NCBI GenBank assembly: GCA_964252035.1
Contig: OZ176205.1
DNA length: 64,000 nucleotides
DNA from: Podarcis erhardii
Taxonomy: Eukaryota
Reading direction: 5' to 3' (one strand)
A program made the translations under genes and the position numbers. Shown here piece by piece: positions 1-12,779 of the stretch (positions are counted from its first letter, which is position 1; every line of letters begins with the position of its first letter). The notes under the pieces were generated by a model. The model was not told the origin of the DNA, made no database searches, and was given only the letters and a program-made list of their open reading frames with translations.

Positions 1-443
1 GTCTGCTCTGGCTCCTGAGGTGATAGAGGACCCATTGCCTGCAGGTGCTCCACCCTCAGCCCCGTCAGAGGAAGCTGAGGTTGCCTCTGGGTCCGGTAAC
101 CCTCCAGCCTCTCCTGAGCTGCAGAGGCTCAGGGCAGAGAGGCAGAGGGAACTAAGTTCCCGCAGGAGGAGTGCTCGCCTCCAGGCCAGGAAAGGTGAGT
201 CACCTGTGGACCGGGGCTGCCCTATGCCTCGGGGCAGATAAAAGCCGGCCAGCCCCAGTCCAAGGTTGCGGGAGCAATGTTGTTGCTAGCCTGTTCCTGC
301 CTGCTCTTCTGCCAGAGTTCCTGACCCCACCCGACTCCCTGCATAGGACCCCACTTCAGCTTTGATGGACAGCCTCCATACTGCACCCTCGACCTCGGAC
401 TGAACTCAGACCTTGCTGCACAGTTAACCCTTGGGACCAGCAC
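1..443 (+). mobile_element. 3' part of an LTR (Gypsy-like, probably solo), running off the window start
   Basis: GC-rich segment with a TATA-like gataaaag at 238-245, ending ...gggaccagcACA. Contains an ORF with the same architecture as the LTR at 47281-47858. The left end and TSD are outside the window. Confidence 0.6.
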
Positions 444-539
444 AATGTGATGGTGGTGAGCCATAAGGGAAATTGCTGCATCAAAGAGAAGATACCATGG
501 AGTGTTAGTTTCCAAATAAAATGTGCCTGCTAGTCACTC

Positions 540-662
540 CAACAGAGCCTTCCCCATCTGATCTGGCACCCTCCCATCAGCCGCAACAAGAATGGCCAAT
601 GATCAGAGATGATGGGACTTGCCGTCATAAACATCTGGAGGGTACCAAGTTGGGAGTGGCTG
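540..662. mobile_element. Degraded hAT-type MITE (family seen at 13071 and 21837)
   Basis: Carries the family motifs gatgatggga...aacatctggaggg. Confidence 0.55.
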
Positions 663-1138
663 TTCTGATCCACAGTCTTGTAAGGACTTTGTGCCACTCA
701 GAGAAAGAGAACAGCTGACAGCACATGCATGTATGAGAAGGAGAAAGAGTGATGTAGGAGACACACAGGCACAAAAGGGTCAAGTGGGTCCCATGATTGA
801 GGTTGGCATTAAAAGTAGGTTCTGGATCTGGAAAGTCTTAAAATCACTATGTGGGTGTTGATGGGCAAACCATTATTAGCCCTATGTGGGCATTTGCCTG
901 TCGCATGCTTAGAGTTGTGTAGGGAACAGGGCTACACTTGCAGGCCCAGTTTATGACATCACAAGCCTTTGTGTCTTGAAGTATTCAGGTCTGCAGCACG
1001 AAGCTGTCTCTTTGTGTGATTTAGATTGTGCCAGTTTCCAAATTGCATGGATAGCCTATATATGAAGTAGACCAAGCCTGCCACTGCAGAACTTTTCCTT
1101 CCAACACATGGAGGACAGTCTTATATCAGGGGCTATAT

Positions 1139-1387
1139 CAGGGGTAGGCAACCTAAGGCCCGTGGGCCAGATGCGGCCCAATCGCCTTCTCAATCCGGCC
1201 TGTGGATGGTCCAGGAATCAGCATGTTTTTACATGAGTAGAATGTGTGCTTTTATTTAAAATGCATTTCTGGGTTATTTGTGGGGCATAGGAATTTGTTC
1301 ATTTCCCCCACAAAATATAGTCCAGCCCACCACATGGTCTGAGGGACGGTGGACTGGCCCATGGCTGAAAAAGGTTGCTGACCCCTG
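1139..1387. mobile_element. hAT non-autonomous DNA transposon
   Basis: TIRs caggggtaggcaacct / aggttgctgacccctg. 8-bp TSD ggctatat / agctatat. Confidence 0.85.
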
Positions 1388-2819
1388 AGCTATATTATAT
1401 TAAAAAAATGAGTGAGCTATTCAGAAACTATTCTGTTTTTAATTTGGGGAAAATAGTATTATCATGCATTTTTATGAGATAGCCTTTTCTTTATGAGAAA
1501 GAGTAGGAAAGGGCATGGCAATGGGATAAGCCGTTGGCTTCCTCTGGTCTTGAGGCAGCAGCTTCTGCTTCCTGAAAGTTTTGAAATTAGCACAAGAGCT
1601 GGCGGTTTTCTGTATTTATATGTATTACCTTGGTGGCAGAGTGGAAGATGCAAGGTCAGCAGTTACTGCTGACACCAAGGGGCTGTTGCGTTGCTAAAGA
1701 ACTGCAGGAAGTGAAAAATGAGCATCAGAGGTGGCTGTAATGTGAACAATAAAATGGTTTTATAACACCAAAGTCAGATCTCCTGAAGAAAAGATCCTTG
1801 GAATTATAAACAGGTTAACCACAGTGCATAATCAGGCAGCGGTTTGGGCCACTAAAGGATGGCAATACTACGCATGAGCTGCGACTGATATCAATAAATA
1901 TTCATAATGCTAGAGCGATCAGAACCACTAGTCAGAATCACGGCTCCGTCAAATTACACACAGTGCAAATTCACCTGTAAAGACAAGGATCTTGCCCTGG
2001 TTAAGCTGGCATCAAGAACAAGCAAAAGATAACAGAAGCAGTCCTCAGTTAATGTAATAAGCATCATTTCAAAGTGTGGATTTTATTCCAAAGTGTGGAT
2101 TTTTAAAACAAATGCCTCCTGCAAAAGGGTCTCTAATGTCAAAAGCATGGCTGTAAACTAATTGCTTACAGTTGCAAGCCATTTACTTGGGAGTAAGTAC
2201 CATTAAGCTTAATGGTGATTACCTCTGAGTAGATATTAATAGAATTGAGGTGCATATCACTTCAGAAAAGTATAAAAATAATAATTATAAAAATTTAATT
2301 TCTTGAAATTATATATATATATATATATATAGATCATATTATGAGCGTCAAAATTCTGTAACATTAGAAGTTTAAAAGCAAATCAATGTCACAAAAATAG
2401 GCATTCCTGCTATATGTACATTTTTAAATAACAAAAAGCCTATCCTGAGATTGTCTCTTAGTCTCTCTCTCACACACACAGCTACAATAAGCCTACCATT
2501 AAAATTATGGACTGGCCATTTCTTCGTCAGAGGGCAAACAGGCAAATTTAGCAGGGGATCAAATACTTTCCCCCCTCACTGTACATAAAACTTCCAAACC
2601 ACTGTCTGGATACCTATTCAGTGTGAGGGCAATGATTGTGTGTCACACTTAGGTTTGGCATTGTACTATCATCATGTAGTCCAACTTGACTAACTGCATG
2701 GCAGTCTGGCATCATCTTGATTGCTGATGAGCTGGGACTGCAGCAGGAAGAAATCCCTGTCTTAAGGAAAATGGTGCCAAAGCTACTCTATTTGCAAACA
2801 TTGGTTAAACAAGGGAAAC

Positions 2820-2905
2820 ATAGGAGGCTGTCTTGCACTGAGCTAGACCATTGGTCCATTTAGTTCAGTATTCTCTACACAAACTGACAGCAACTTTTCA
2901 GGGCA
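2820..2905 (-). mobile_element. 3' fragment of tRNA-derived SINE (Squam2/Anolis SINE2-like)
   Basis: taggaggctgtc...gagctagaccattggtccatttagttcagtattctctacac matches the reverse of the copies at 12324 and 34738. Confidence 0.6.
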
Positions 2906-3859
2906 AGGATGACTCTTTTCCAGCAGTGAGGCTAGCAGGTCCTGTCCTATCTTCCCAATTCATGATTATGATCACATGAAACACATAGAGCTAATGTATT
3001 TCCCCCCAGTTATTTGGGTTTCCAACCAAGGCAGAAATTCAGTAGAAATAAAATTTTACACATATAGAAACCTTATGTAAGCGAGTGCTCCCTCTTGACT
3101 AGAATTAGAAAATGGGAAGGAAAAGACCATAAACTTTCCCTAATCAGCTTTAAAAATTAAAATTAAAAAGTAGTTTTCCGAGCCCCTGAAGGCAGAAAGC
3201 AGCAGACAGAGAAGAGATGGCTCATTCTAAGAAGCAATCCCCTCCACAAAATGATGGATAGGCTGATGTTTGCAGTGGGTTTGTTGTTTGGTCTGTACCA
3301 CATATTTCTGTGTTCCTCAGGTTTTATCATGACTCTTCTTAAAGCACCTTTCTGGGGAATCTCTGACACTCAGGTTAACCCCAAGCAATGTGGCAGTGGC
3401 AGGCCTGGCTAAGAAATAATGACAGGCGCCTTGTCAGTTGTCACTTCAACAGAAAATGTCAGCACTGACCTACTGAGAAGAATTAATTAGAACTCCCAAA
3501 TCCATTAGCACATCCTCAAAGGGCAGAACAGGGAGCAAGTTAAGAAGTTCAAAAGTGGGGGAATGTACGGGGAGTTTAAAAGGATTGCATAGGTTGATTT
3601 TTCAGGCACTGAGGTGGAAATGTAGCACATAATCAGACAGACATAAAATGGCAACTGTTTCAGGACCCAGCAAGATATATATATTTAATCTTATCAGAAA
3701 AGAGGACTGACTAAATGACAGTCTTTTCTCCTTCATGTGAAAGCATGAAAGAAACTTCAGCGTTAACATTGAACGTGCAATATAATATGGGACACAGTGT
3801 TCTGTCTCACAGGGAACTTCAATGTAGGCCTGCCATGTTCCCATCACATCAGAGCACCT

Positions 3860-5762
3860 AGATGGTTTAGAGCTCAACATCAATCCTACCAAGTGGCAAT
3901 GGCGATGGTGAAGAGGACCTTTTTCACCGCCTCTATTGCATCTGCAGAAAACAGCAGCAGGAGACTCTTTCAGGTGGTTTGTAATCTATCGGAACCACCT
4001 TCGTCACTGGGGCCTGGTAGGGACCCCAAGAGCTCTTGCAATGCTTTTGCAAAGTTTTTTGCAGATAAAGTCGCTCAGATTCGCAAGGCGGTAGACACCA
4101 CCGTGGGAGCAGGGCTGGGGTGGGAGAGTGCTAGAGTCCTGTCTAGTCATGTTACATGGGATCAATTCCAATCTGTTACCTCCGAGGATGTGGACAGGCT
4201 GCTTGGACAAGTGAAACCGACCACCTGTCTCCTTGATCCTGGCCCATCCTGGCTAATAAAAGCGAGCCAGGAAGGGCTGGGCAATGGGCTCTGTGGGGTG
4301 GTGAATGCTTCCCTCTGTGAGGGAGCCTTCCCAGACCCGCTGAAAGAGGCGGTCATTAAACTGCTTCTTAAAAAAACATCTTTATACCCGGCCAATATGG
4401 CCAACTATCGCCCAGTTTCAAATCTACCATTCTTGGGCAAGGTGATTGAGTGGGTGGTCGCTGAACAACTCCAAGCACGCCTGGAGGATACAGACCATTT
4501 GGATCCCTTCCAATTGGGATTCAGGCCTCACCATGGGACTGAAACTGCCTTGGTCGTGCTGGTCAATGATCTCCAGAGTTGAGAGCTGTTTTCTAGTTCT
4601 GCTGGATCTCTCAGCGGTCTTTGACACCATTGACCATAACATCCTTCTGGACCGTCTAGAGTGGCTGGGAGCTGGGGGCACTGTTATACAGTGGTTCTGC
4701 TCCTTTCTCCTGGGCCGTGTCCAGAAAGTGGTGTTGGGGGACGAGTGTTCAGACCCCTGGGCTCTCATTTGTGGGGTGCCTCAGGGTTCAATCCTCTCCC
4801 CCATGCTTTTTAATACCTATATGAAGCCGCTGGGAGAGATCATCAGGGGGTTCATCAGTATGCAGATGACACCCAGCTCTACCTCTTTTAAATCAGGACC
4901 AGTGAAGGCGGTGAAAGTCCTGTGTGAGTGCCTGGAGGTGGTTGGAGGATGGATGGCTGCTAACAGATTGAGGTTGAATCCTGACAAGACAGAAGTACTG
5001 TTTTTGGGGGACAGGCGGCGGGTGTGTGTGAAGGACTCCCTGGTCCTGAATGGGGTAACTGTGCCCCTGAAGGACCAGGTGCACAGCCTGGGGGTCATTT
5101 TGGACTCACAGCTGTCCATGGGGGCACAGGTAAATTCTGTGTCCAGGGCAGCTGTCTACCAGCTCCACCTGGTACGCAGGCTGAGACCCTATCTACCTGC
5201 CCGCAGACTGTCCCGCCAGAGTGGTGCATGCTCTAGTTATCTCCCGCTTGGACTACTGCAATGTGCTCTATGTGGGGCTACCTTTGAAGGTGACCTGGAC
5301 ACTGCAATTAATCTAGAATGCGGCAGCAACACTGGTGACTGGGAGTAGCCACCGGGACCATATAACACCAGTCCTGAGAGATCTGCATTGGCTCCCAGTA
5401 CGTTTTCGAGCACAATTCAAAGTGTTGGTGCTGACCTTTAAAACCCTAAATGGCCTCGGTCCTGTATACTTGAAGGAGCGTTTCTACCCCCATTGTTCAG
5501 CTGAGATCCAGCGCCAAGGGCCTTCTGGAGGTTCCCTCATTGCGAGAAGTGAGGTTACAGGGAACCAGACAGAGGGCCTTCTCGGTAGTGGCACCTGCCC
5601 TGTGGAACACCCTCCCATCAGATGTGAAGGAAATTAGCAGCTATCTTATCTTTAAAAGACATCTGAAGGCAGCCCTGTTTAGGGAAGTTTTTAATATTTA
5701 ATGCTATATTGTTTTTAACACTCGATTGGGAGCCGCCCAGAGTGGCTGGGGTAAAAATAATA

Positions 5763-5806
<44 letters not shown>
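3860..5806 (+). mobile_element. 5'-truncated, frameshifted L2-clade LINE (ORF2 reverse transcriptase to 3' tail)
   Basis: RT motifs NYRPVSNLPFLGKVIE, LDPFQLGFRPHHGTETAL, LVLLDLSAVFDTIDH and GVPQGSILSP. HQYADDTQLY lies in a shifted frame (YADD at 4859-4870). At least three frameshifts. Ends in a (TTA)n tail. Confidence 0.92.
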
Positions 5807-5809
<3 letters not shown>

Positions 5810-6612
5810 ATGTGTTTACAACCCTGGGCTCCTTTAGGGGAAAGGGGGGGGGTATTTGTTTTGGTCCAGATTCAACTAAATTGTTGTGCTGGCTATGGCT
5901 ACTCTCTCTCCCCACCCATGCACCCCCTGTGCATCCCCTAACAGCACATGAGGGAGAAGGGGAGATATTGTTCCATCAAGCAAACAAATGCTTTACTGAC
6001 AAAGCAATCTTCTTGCCACTACTCTGAACTTCACCCTTAATAAAGAGCCATATGTAAAGAGCTTCATCTTGCCTTATTACTGTTGTATTCCTCCCACCTG
6101 CTTTTCTTCATGCATCACCCAAAAGAAAGACCAGAACAACAGAGGCATACCCCATAAGTGTCCCATAAAAACTGGGACATCCTGATTTTTACTTAGAGAA
6201 CACGGCAGCCATTTTGGTTGCCATGATCTCGTGCAGTTTCATGGCACAATGTTTTCCCTGTGAAAAGTGTTTTTTTCAGGGCCACGATCTTGTGCAGCAC
6301 CCCCAAACACATATTTTTTTAGCCCCATGCCCCCAAAAGCACCTTTTTTGGGTGGGTGGGGAGAAACAGCAACGCAAAATTGTGCAAAGATCACAGAAAC
6401 CAAAATGGCCACCGTTCTCTTGCAATAAAAAATGGGAAGATGGTGTTCAGGAAGCTGGTGTCTTAGATTTTAGAGGGCATGCAGAGGGGACATAAATCCT
6501 TGTAAAATCTGCAAGGACCTAGTGGTCTCATGTTGGCTGTCAAGGCATTAGTGGATGGCTACAGATTTGCCTAGAGGCACTGCCAGGAGAACATAAACTT
6601 TCAGAGTGTGCT

Positions 6613-6785
6613 GCCATAGGAAGCTGCAGCAACACAGAATCATACCATTAGTCCATCAAGCTCAGTACTGTGTACATTGACGGGGAGTAAATCCCTGGGA
6701 TCTCAAGCAGGAATCACTCCCAGCCCTACCTGGGAGATGCTGAGGATGGAACATTCTGCATGCAAAGCAGATGCTCCATGCTACT
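6613..6785 (-). mobile_element. tRNA-derived SINE (Squam2-like), degraded
   Basis: cataggaagctgc...ccattagtccatcaagctcagtact...tctgcatgcaaagcagatgctcc is the reverse complement of the family. Confidence 0.6.
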
Positions 6786-7599
6786 CAGAATTTACTCTTT
6801 CTGATTCTAAACTGAGGAAAATGGGGATTGGGTTGCAGGGGGAAAACAGCTGGTGGGGATTTGTCTTTGAGAAGCAAAAGCCAGATGCCCCTGGAAGCTG
6901 ATAAGCAGGACACCATCTGTAGTGGGTGCCTAGCAACTGGTATCTGGAAGAGATGGCAAAAGTCACCAGATATCTCCCCCACCTTCCTTGCACAAATGGA
7001 AGAGCAACGTAGGATCCAAGCCTGTGCCTTTAGCACAACTTTTTTTTATTTGTACTATAGTCATTTTTGGATGCCACCCCAGACAATTCAGAAAAGTGAC
7101 AACTAACCCAAGGGGAAGAAAAAGTCTACAAACTTTAATACCAGCCTCTTTTGTCACAACTGTCTTAGCACCACTTTGGGCACATCTGCAGAGGTATGTG
7201 CTCAGTTTTAGAAGTGACTAATCAATTGTTTTCCCAGTAGGGGAAAAAAAAGGAGCTGTTTGTTTGCATTTGAAGATAAAGGAACAAAAGCAGAAACTGT
7301 GGAAGACAGTAGCAGAGTGGAACACATGGCAGGCAGAAACCGCCTGTAGAGGAACCCTTTGATTGCCGAAAAGGCATTCTGAGCTTCTTCACTGCCTAAT
7401 CTTCAAATAAATGGCTCTGCTTTAGGGGCATGAAAAATCCACAAAAGAAAACAAAAAGCTCTGTGTCTTTGCTCACCATTCTTACCTGCCTCCTTTGATG
7501 AGGAAGTAAAAGCGACGAGAACTTGGGGGGACCAGGAGCCTAACGCTACACAAGGCTGCTTATAACATTTGCTAACATTTCCCACGCTATCACCACCCT

Positions 7600-7887
7600 A
7601 TACGGCCTCAGCCCAGTATACCTGAAGGAGTGTCTTCACCCCCATCATTCAGCCCAGACACTGAGGTGCAGCACCGAGGGCCTTCTGGCGGTTCCCTCGC
7701 TGTGAGGGAACTAGGCAGAGGGCCTTCTCGGTAGTGGCGCCCGCCCTGTGGAACACCCTTCCATCAGATGTCAAGGAAATAAACAACTATCTGACTTTTA
7801 GAAGACATCTGAAGGCAGCTCTGTTTAGGGAATTTTTTAAATATTAGATATTTTGTATTATGTTAAATATTCTGTGTGAACTGTGGG

Positions 7888-7928
<41 letters not shown>
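7600..7928 (+). mobile_element. L2 LINE 3' end fragment with (AAT)n tail
   Basis: Close match to 5450-5700 (gagggccttctcggtagtggc...gacatctgaaggcagc.ctgtttaggga). Confidence 0.88.
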
Positions 7929-10284
7929 TTGCCCAAGTTATTCAGGTTCCGATGAGAGAGGTTTGCCCATTTATTTTGGCCAAAAGACAACAGGCACCAA
8001 CTAAATCCTTCTATCTCTGCAAGAATTTCTGCTTATGCAAAAGGAATTTCTCACACCCCCTCTCCTAGCATGTGTCCTCCAAATCTGTTCCTGCAGGTTG
8101 GGGGAACCACCAGAACTGATTTATCGAGGCCTGGGGTGGGTATTGAGACGTCCCGTTGCACAAGAGGGAATCCTTGTGCTCATCGGAGATGTTACTTAGC
8201 ATATTCCTTTGAATACAACCCTCAGTCTTTAAATAATAATAAAAAACCAAATATTTTTCATGGAAAAATCCAAACCTCAGCCAGCCAATCCTACTGATGG
8301 CTACATTAGTGATCTGCCATGCTTGTTTATAGCTATTTTTTGGACTTGCCTCAAGGTCACAATGTCTTTGGCCTCTATAATAACAGAAATGAAAACTGAA
8401 TTATTATACCAATGAGCCCACTGGTTATTCTGTTGGGTTATGCAAAAAGTGCAATATTCCCAGATGGTAGAGTAGTAGTGATACATATAAGTATAGTTAT
8501 AAATGGGAGGTTAACCTAACATCTATCGATAAATGCCTTTAAAGATTATAAGATATGATCAGGCCTACAAACATAATTAGTGTTAGAGGGGGATCAATTT
8601 ATAGAGAAATTGAAACTTTTTTATTCATTCTAGGAATAATGAAGTTTAGGATTCAGTTCATTCCTACTCCTAAACCTAACTGAGCCTGTGATCATTTATC
8701 TGTCATTTCTTTCCGTTTTATTCAATTTATTCATCACTTTGCCTCCCACATTGACAATATTTTTTCTACTTTTCTGTTGAAATGAGGAGTCTGGCCATTT
8801 TTTCTTCCTCCAGTTTATATATATTGTTTTTGTTTGTCCATGAATGAAAACAAAGAAACAAAATCGGGGGTGTAGGTGAGGAAGAGAAATATTTGTTGTG
8901 GCGTGGAAAATTCAGAAATCCAGTCAACCAGCCCTATTGATTGCCATGATAGTAGTCTGTCAAGGCTGTTTGTGGTTAAGAAGCGTGCTGCTGTTCCCAT
9001 TTGAGTACCGTTGAAGCAGTCATTCGTTGAATAAAGATTAACCCCCATCTGCTCTTGTTTTCATCGCTGAGCACACTTCGAAATTCTACACCCACTCTTG
9101 GCTGCTCCATAGTCAGCCCCAGAGAACAAACACTGAGCTACAGCAGCACATCCAGGCCCTACTGGTACCAGAGGGGTTTACGGTTTACTTTCAATGCCTT
9201 CTGCTTCATAGCTACCAAGGCTGTGATGTTATTACTGATTCGTTTTGTTAGATGTAGGAAAAGCCTTTCTGGTTGGCTAGCTGTAAAAAGTTGGTTTCCT
9301 TCGGAAAAATGAAAGAGCTCTGAAAATAAAAATTAAAGTCTAATGGTGGGTTAAATTTGTGAAATATTCCTTGAAGACCAGCCAGTTCTTTTTCACCCTT
9401 ATATCCCAGCCACCATACCAACCATTTGTCTTTGTAGACACGCCCCATTTTCCTATCTACATTTCTGGTTACAAATCAGCTGTCTAAAGCACCTGGCTGC
9501 TATTCTTTAAAATGAGGAGCTGCGATTGGTTCAGTTGTTTTTAGACCTAAAACCAGAGTCAAATATATTGGGGGAGTGGGGGAAAGGCCTTCTTGATCCC
9601 TAATTTTCTACTTCCACAATATAAGGGACGTTTCTGGAATGAGGCACACACACAAAAACAGACACAACACTTAATTAGCCGGATCTTTGTCAGGGAAGAA
9701 TAAGTCGTGACAAGAAACTGTTCTTGGACAAAAGAATAAAATGTGTGTGGTAAACCATCATCCAAGGTTGCAAAAAGTAAAAGATTTTATATATAGCCTA
9801 CATTAAAAAAAATCCTGCATATACCGGTACACACTTCTTTGAGTTTGTACTCTTTTCTTTGGTGAAGCTACACATTTTCAGCATTAGGCCATGATTTATT
9901 CCTGATTTATCTGTTGACTCTCAGGAGGCATGCTGTTCCTTTCTGCTTTGGCAAGAGTCAGTGGGAGGGTGACATGTTTATCAGAGCTGGTGGCAATGGG
10001 CCAGTGATTGTGGAAATAGTGTAGTGTGACCTGACCAGCCTATGGGTATTGCTGGCTGTGTTACGATGCAGGGTTTGGGGAAGAAGGGACAGAGATAATG
10101 AGTGGAGCGAGGGAAGGAAGTAGAAGCTAGGAAGAAAAGACTCCTCCAGACAACCTGCTTATTGAGCATACATCTCAATGCGCTTGCACAAAGCTCAGAC
10201 CCTCCAAGTGTCCCTATTTTCCAGGGACATCCATGATTTAGAGAAGCCAACCCAGTTTCTGACTTGATCCCAGAATGTCCCACA

Positions 10285-10313
10285 TTCTTCTTCTTCTTCT
10301 TCTTCTTCTTCTT

Positions 10314-10343
<30 letters not shown>
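10285..10343. repeat. (TTC)n microsatellite
   Basis: About 19 perfect units. Explains the poly-Phe ORF. Confidence 0.97.
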
Positions 10344-10344
<1 letters not shown>

Positions 10345-10540
10345 TTAAATTACCACCCTATACCTGGAGGTCTCAGGGCAGTTCACAGAACAAAATCAGA
10401 ATATAAAACCACAAAACATATAATCAAAATAAAAACGACAACCCAATAATCCCTCCCCCCCAAACCCACCCCCCACACATTTAAAAAGGGCATACAATGT
10501 CAATCAAATCAACCAAAGGCCTGGTTAAAAAGGAACGTCA
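10344..10540 (-). mobile_element. L2-type 3' end fragment
   Basis: tattaaattaccaccctatacctggaggtctcagggcagttcac...aaaggcctggttaaaaaggaacgt resembles reversed L2 3' UTRs elsewhere in the window. Confidence 0.55.
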
Positions 10541-12323
10541 TTCTGCTTTATTCATTATCCTGCAGTGTTTCCCCCATACTGCCACATCACTACGGTCTGG
10601 AGGAGCTCCTCCTGCCCCCAGACACCTGTGGTATCAAAAGTTACAGAATTTCAGCAGGAAGCTACAGGACATGCACTGCTTGGAAACCAAGCAGCATGTT
10701 TGCCCTGAATGTTTTGCAGACACAAACATTATTGAAAGTAGGGTCCCCTGTAACTGCTCTGATACCATCATGAGCACAAATAAGCATGAAAACACAATAA
10801 AAAGAGCATCTGGGGTGGTCATGTCTTGAGTATTTATTGAGCACTTATTCTGATTTCTTTGCAGGGAGGTTACTGTATTTGCATATATTGTTGTACACTG
10901 CCTTGATGTTTTAATATGAGTGGGTGGTACATAAATATTGTTATAGATAAAATAAAATAAATACTTGTCCTAATTTATTTGAGTGGTTAATCACTTGCTT
11001 ATCCCACACTTTTCAGTGCATTTCCCTGTCACTTTCCAAACCTCAAAAAAACAAAACAGGCTTGTTTTTTTGTTTTTGTTTTAAGATGTGGGTCTGTTGC
11101 AACAGAGGACTTTAATCAGAAAAGGCTTACTTGCAACTGCTTCCCAACTGGTGCATCACTGCTGCTTATGGAGAGGAGAATGAGGAGCAATGCAGAAGAG
11201 AGATTCATATGGTACAAATGCACTGGCAGACCCAAACCAGCATCCTTGCTGGTGTGTTTGCCCTGCACGTTTTTCTCTACTGCCTCCCCTCTCCCCTTCT
11301 CCCTCCTGTTAAGCAACAGCAACTCCCCTGATGGGAACATAGCAGCTCTGCCCCATTTGGCAAGCCACTTCTACTTTAATGGTGTGCACCTAACTTTCCA
11401 GTATGCACTTGAATCCCTTTCATAAAACACTGTCAGTCTGGAGTCAGCCAAAGAACAGTGGGGATGAAAGGTGACCTGATACCTGCTCATACAACCAGCG
11501 TTACCTCATTCTAATGGCCATATTTCCACACACTTTCCCACCATTTGGTTTGAGGACTACTCTAGATTTTCAGCTCTCTGAATCAACAATAGGGCTTTCT
11601 TTGTCCTTGAATTTGTTCTTGCGAGCAGTAGCTAGTAATATGTCCGTGTCTATCAAAGCACCCACATGTCTGCAGTCCCTGTGGTGATGTTCACTCAGAG
11701 CCCATCCCCATTCACGGAGACTTTTTCAAAACATCATTAAAAAGTTAGTACTTGAGCTAATGTTTGTTCTCTCATTGATGTTGTTTTTTACTTTTTAGTT
11801 CAAGGCTCGTTTATTTTATGAAGGGATTATGCACAAAGAATAAGCCAAAAACAAATTCACTGGCACAAGCCTTCGTTAATGCACAGAGTTAAAAGTAAAC
11901 CTCAAACTACCGGTAAATGCTACAAAGATGCAAAAAGACAAAGAGGAGCTAGTCCTAATATTAACATCCAATCAGGGTAGCTTAATTCTTTGGTTAAACT
12001 GCTGGCTTTAAGGGAACAACAGGTGGAAGAGTTAAACTGTAAGTTCCAAAGCCTAGAGAGAAGAGACTTTCAGAAGTACACAATATATATATATGCCTTG
12101 TTTACTATACCTGCTAATTCCTTTTCTCTACCGCATCAAATAGTCTGAAAAGCAGTTAAATAAATTATTTACACTTACAAACAACTGATCAATGCAAAAG
12201 CCAGACAGAGGTCACTCCCTGGGCAAGGCTACATCTTTTCGAACTGCCAGCCTCATACAAAACAACAGCAACATCCCATTTCTCTGCCCATGGCCATAAT
12301 CCAGCAAGGCACTTAGGGGCTCC

Positions 12324-12505
12324 GGGACTCTAGCTCAGTGGCAGAATATATACTTTGCATGCAAAAGGTCTCAGGTTGAATCCCTGGCAGCTCCAGGTAG
12401 GGCTCTGAAAGTCTCCTGTCTGAAACCCTAGAGAGCCATTGCTAGTCAATGTAGACAACACTAGATGAGCCAGTGCTCTGACTTACAATAAGGCAGTTTC
12501 CTGTG
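12324..12505 (+). mobile_element. tRNA-derived SINE (Squam2/Anolis SINE2-like)
   Basis: A-box tagctcagtgg and B-box ggttgaatcc in a tRNA-like head, then body ...gtagacaacactagatg...aaggcagtttcct. Confidence 0.75.
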
Positions 12506-12779
12506 ACCATTAACATCAAATAAGTAACTTTAGAGCTAGCACTGCCACCTGTTTTGCAAGGCAGGGGCTTCTTTTAACAATAATGCCAGTTCAGCAGCAG
12601 AGATCTTATCACGCTAGGAAAAGGTTGTACCGACTTGCTTTCCGTCTAACAAGCCACAACAATGAGTTTTTGCTAGGAAAAGAAGGTACCCGTATGAAAA
12701 AACGTATTTCCCGTTGACTGCCCGCTCTTCACATTTTAGAGCTGTAATGAATTTAAGGTTCTCCCTAAAGCAGCAGCAG

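Noticed and set aside
4004-5119. Several minus-strand ORFs of 63-114 aa
   Set aside because: Antisense shadows of the L2 RT region.
5715-5941. Poly-Ile and poly-Leu ORFs (also poly-Phe at 10264, poly-Ile at 13245, HT/VC repeats at 28266-28747)
   Set aside because: Translations of microsatellites.
12324-12400. tRNA-like heads here and at 20561, 34738 and 49674
   Set aside because: A and B boxes are present but the cloverleaf stems are degraded and each runs into a SINE body. Not tRNA genes.
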